This document shows, piece after piece, positions 62,259 to 64,000 of a stretch of 64,000 bases of DNA (positions within the stretch are counted from its first letter, which is position 1; every line of letters starts with the position of its first letter). The notes below the pieces were generated by a model. That model saw only the letters and a program-made list of their open reading frames with translations, was not told where the DNA came from and made no database searches. The position numbers and the translations under genes are program-made. Source of the DNA: Bacteroidia bacterium (lineage in GTDB: Bacteria; Bacteroidota; Bacteroidia; M30B66); the NCBI GenBank assembly GCA_965279035.1, contig OZ257142.1, forward strand, positions 864,001-928,000, given 5' to 3'.

Positions 62259-64000
62259 ATGAAACATTTCTTCTTTTCTATTTTTCTCATTTTACTTTTT
62301 GAGAACGGCTTTTCCCAATGTTCGGGATGCATAATTAACCCTGCTTGTACTATTACACCAGCAGCTCCAGCTTTATGTCCTGATGTTTTGCCCAATGCAA
62401 TTCAAGGAGAATTTTATGATATGGATATTACATTTTTTATCCCTCAACAATTCTATAATTCTTCCGCTGGTGTTAATGTAACAATCTCTCAAATTACAAT
62501 CACTTCAGTTTCAGGCTTGCCTTCGGGGCTATCATGGACAGCCAGCGAAAGCGATAACATTTACGATATCACCTCTGATACTTTAACTCAAAGAGGATGT
62601 GTGAAGATTTGTGGAACACCCAATGTGATTGGTTCATATACCGTTTCAGTGAACGTGATTGCAACAGTTACTTCTCCAATCTCAACAACTTCCCCTCAAA
62701 CATTTACGCTTCCAATGCTTGTTTTGCCCGGTGGTGGTGGAAATTCTGGATTTAGCTTCGATCCATCTTCTGGCTGTGATTCAATTCAAGTCGATTTTCA
62801 AGGCCTCATTACGAGTTCTACTCAACCAGTTCAATACTCCTGGGATTTTGGAAATGGAAATTCTTCCAATGAGCAATTTCCTCCAAGTCAATCGTATGCT
62901 ATTCCCGATACCTATTTTGTAAATCTTCAAACAGATCTACTGAATTACGTTCTTCAATCGGTTACGTTTAATTCTACTGGCTCCAATTGGTGTGGCGATA
63001 TTGAAGAGCCTTCCATACCCTTTGTAGGTACTTGCACTGGTTCTCCCGACATCTATTTTCAATTTACTGTTGGCTCTGCAACACAACAAAGTTCAACAAC
63101 CGATAATTCAACTTCGATGTCCTTAACCGACTTGAATTATGTGATTAATGAACCATCATTTAGCATTTCATTTTTTGATGAAGACCTTATAACAGCTCCC
63201 GACGATTTAGGAACGACTGTCGTACAAGTGAATGCTCCCGGGACGTTTAATTTCACAACCAGCGAAGGTTACGGCACTTATACCATAATCACTCAGATTG
63301 GACTTTCATTCAACAATACCGATACTGTAATCGTTTTTGCTTCTCCCGAAATTCCTCAAATTCAAGTCAGCGATTCCTTAGTTTGCGAAGGTGATTCTAT
63401 TCAGCTTTCGGTTGATACATCCTCTTTTTATCAATGGTATTTGCAAGGAGAACAAATTTTAGAAGCAAATGGCCCTTCTATATCCACACAAAATTCTGGA
63501 ACTTTTCAGGTTGAAGTTCGGAATGATGCTGGTTGTTCGACATTTTCTCCATCACAAACTGTTGTTGTTGCTAACAATCCAGATGAAGCAACCGTGTTTT
63601 TTAATCCAATAAGCAATGAATTTTTCTGCAATCCTGCGAATGATCTTGATTGGATTTGGCTCCTTGATTCTGTCGAAATTGTGGGCAGTAGCAATTTAAT
63701 TTCTTTCGTTCCAAATCAGATTGGTTATTATTCTGTAATCGTCACCAATTCATTGGGTTGCAGTGTTCAATCAGCGCCTGTTTATTTTACGAATGTTGGA
63801 TTGGAAGAATTATCAAGTCAATTGCAGTTCAACATTTTTCCTCAACCATTTCGATCGGGCAGTTTATTTATTGAAGGAATTGAAAAGCCAGCTTTGCTAA
63901 GAATTTATGATACAACGGGTAGGTTGTTAATTAATGAAAAGCTCTTTGGTGGGAAAACTCAAAGCATATCGATACCCGAAATTTCTTCAGGACTTTATTT
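62259..64000 (+). CDS. T9SS-secreted protein (Cys-rich N-terminus, PKD, C2-like insert, Ig-like repeats, CTD), 3'-truncated; absent from ORF track
   Basis: Manual translation MKHFFFSIFLILLFENGFSQCSGC…YSWDFGNG…FNIFPQP…LRIYDTTGR…ISSGLY; start, middle and end segments read in the same frame. Confidence 0.85.
   Translation, partial: MKHFFFSIFLILLFENGFSQCSGCIINPACTITPAAPALCPDVLPNAIQGEFYDMDITFFIPQQFYNSSAGVNVTISQITITSVSGLPSGLSWTASESDNIYDITSDTLTQRGCVKICGTPNVIGSYTVSVNVIATVTSPISTTSPQTFTLPMLVLPGGGGNSGFSFDPSSGCDSIQVDFQGLITSSTQPVQYSWDFGNGNSSNEQFPPSQSYAIPDTYFVNLQTDLLNYVLQSVTFNSTGSNWCGDIEEPSIPFVGTCTGSPDIYFQFTVGSATQQSSTTDNSTSMSLTDLNYVINEPSFSISFFDEDLITAPDDLGTTVVQVNAPGTFNFTTSEGYGTYTIITQIGLSFNNTDTVIVFASPEIPQIQVSDSLVCEGDSIQLSVDTSSFYQWYLQGEQILEANGPSISTQNSGTFQVEVRNDAGCSTFSPSQTVVVANNPDEATVFFNPISNEFFCNPANDLDWIWLLDSVEIVGSSNLISFVPNQIGYYSVIVTNSLGCSVQSAPVYFTNVGLEELSSQLQFNIFPQPFRSGSLFIEGIEKPALLRIYDTTGRLLINEKLFGGKTQSISIPEISSGLY

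Noticed and set aside
62659-63694. ORF-track entries 62659-62922 (+) and 63506-63694 (-)
   Set aside because: Out-of-frame or antisense to the long T9SS cargo gene starting at 62259.

Overview
AT-rich Bacteroidota chromosome window, assigned from TAnnTTTG promoters, T9SS cargo proteins, a str operon without tuf, and the DUF4290-murA gene order. Positions 1-21.6 kb hold a GT2 fragment, eno, carA and the str-S10-spc-alpha ribosomal cluster on the minus strand. That cluster is unusually split between rpsC and rplP by an intrinsic terminator and a new housekeeping promoter. Positions 22-46 kb are mostly housekeeping genes: pcrA/uvrD, murA, a GT-C-like membrane protein, TlpA, grpE-dnaJ behind a sigma54-like promoter, an ABC-2 exporter, ppx, an NtrC-like regulator lacking an HTH, TPR, T9SS SGNH protein, pheT, UbiA/MqnP, recR, SSS symporter, msrA, TetR and SRPBCC. 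The best candidate for an undescribed system is a tightly coupled five-gene operon at 46003-51529 (minus). It encodes a stand-alone PqqD/RRE, an ATP-grasp ligase, a divergent fold-III PLP decarboxylase with an N-terminal lasso-leader-like YxxPxI...GG tail, a urea-transporter-fold/M23-peptidase fusion and a secreted TPR protein; no separate precursor gene is visible. Positions 51.6-64 kb hold the mtaB-lgt-suhB-lipid kinase operon, tRNA-Glu-rpsT, a KirBac channel, a lipoprotein plus barrel-TSP3-OmpA pair, rnhB and a truncated T9SS PKD/C2-like protein. A GC-rich structured intergenic element lies at 21886-21965. No CRISPR array, rRNA or transposase was seen. All family assignments come from motif recognition by eye, not database searches.
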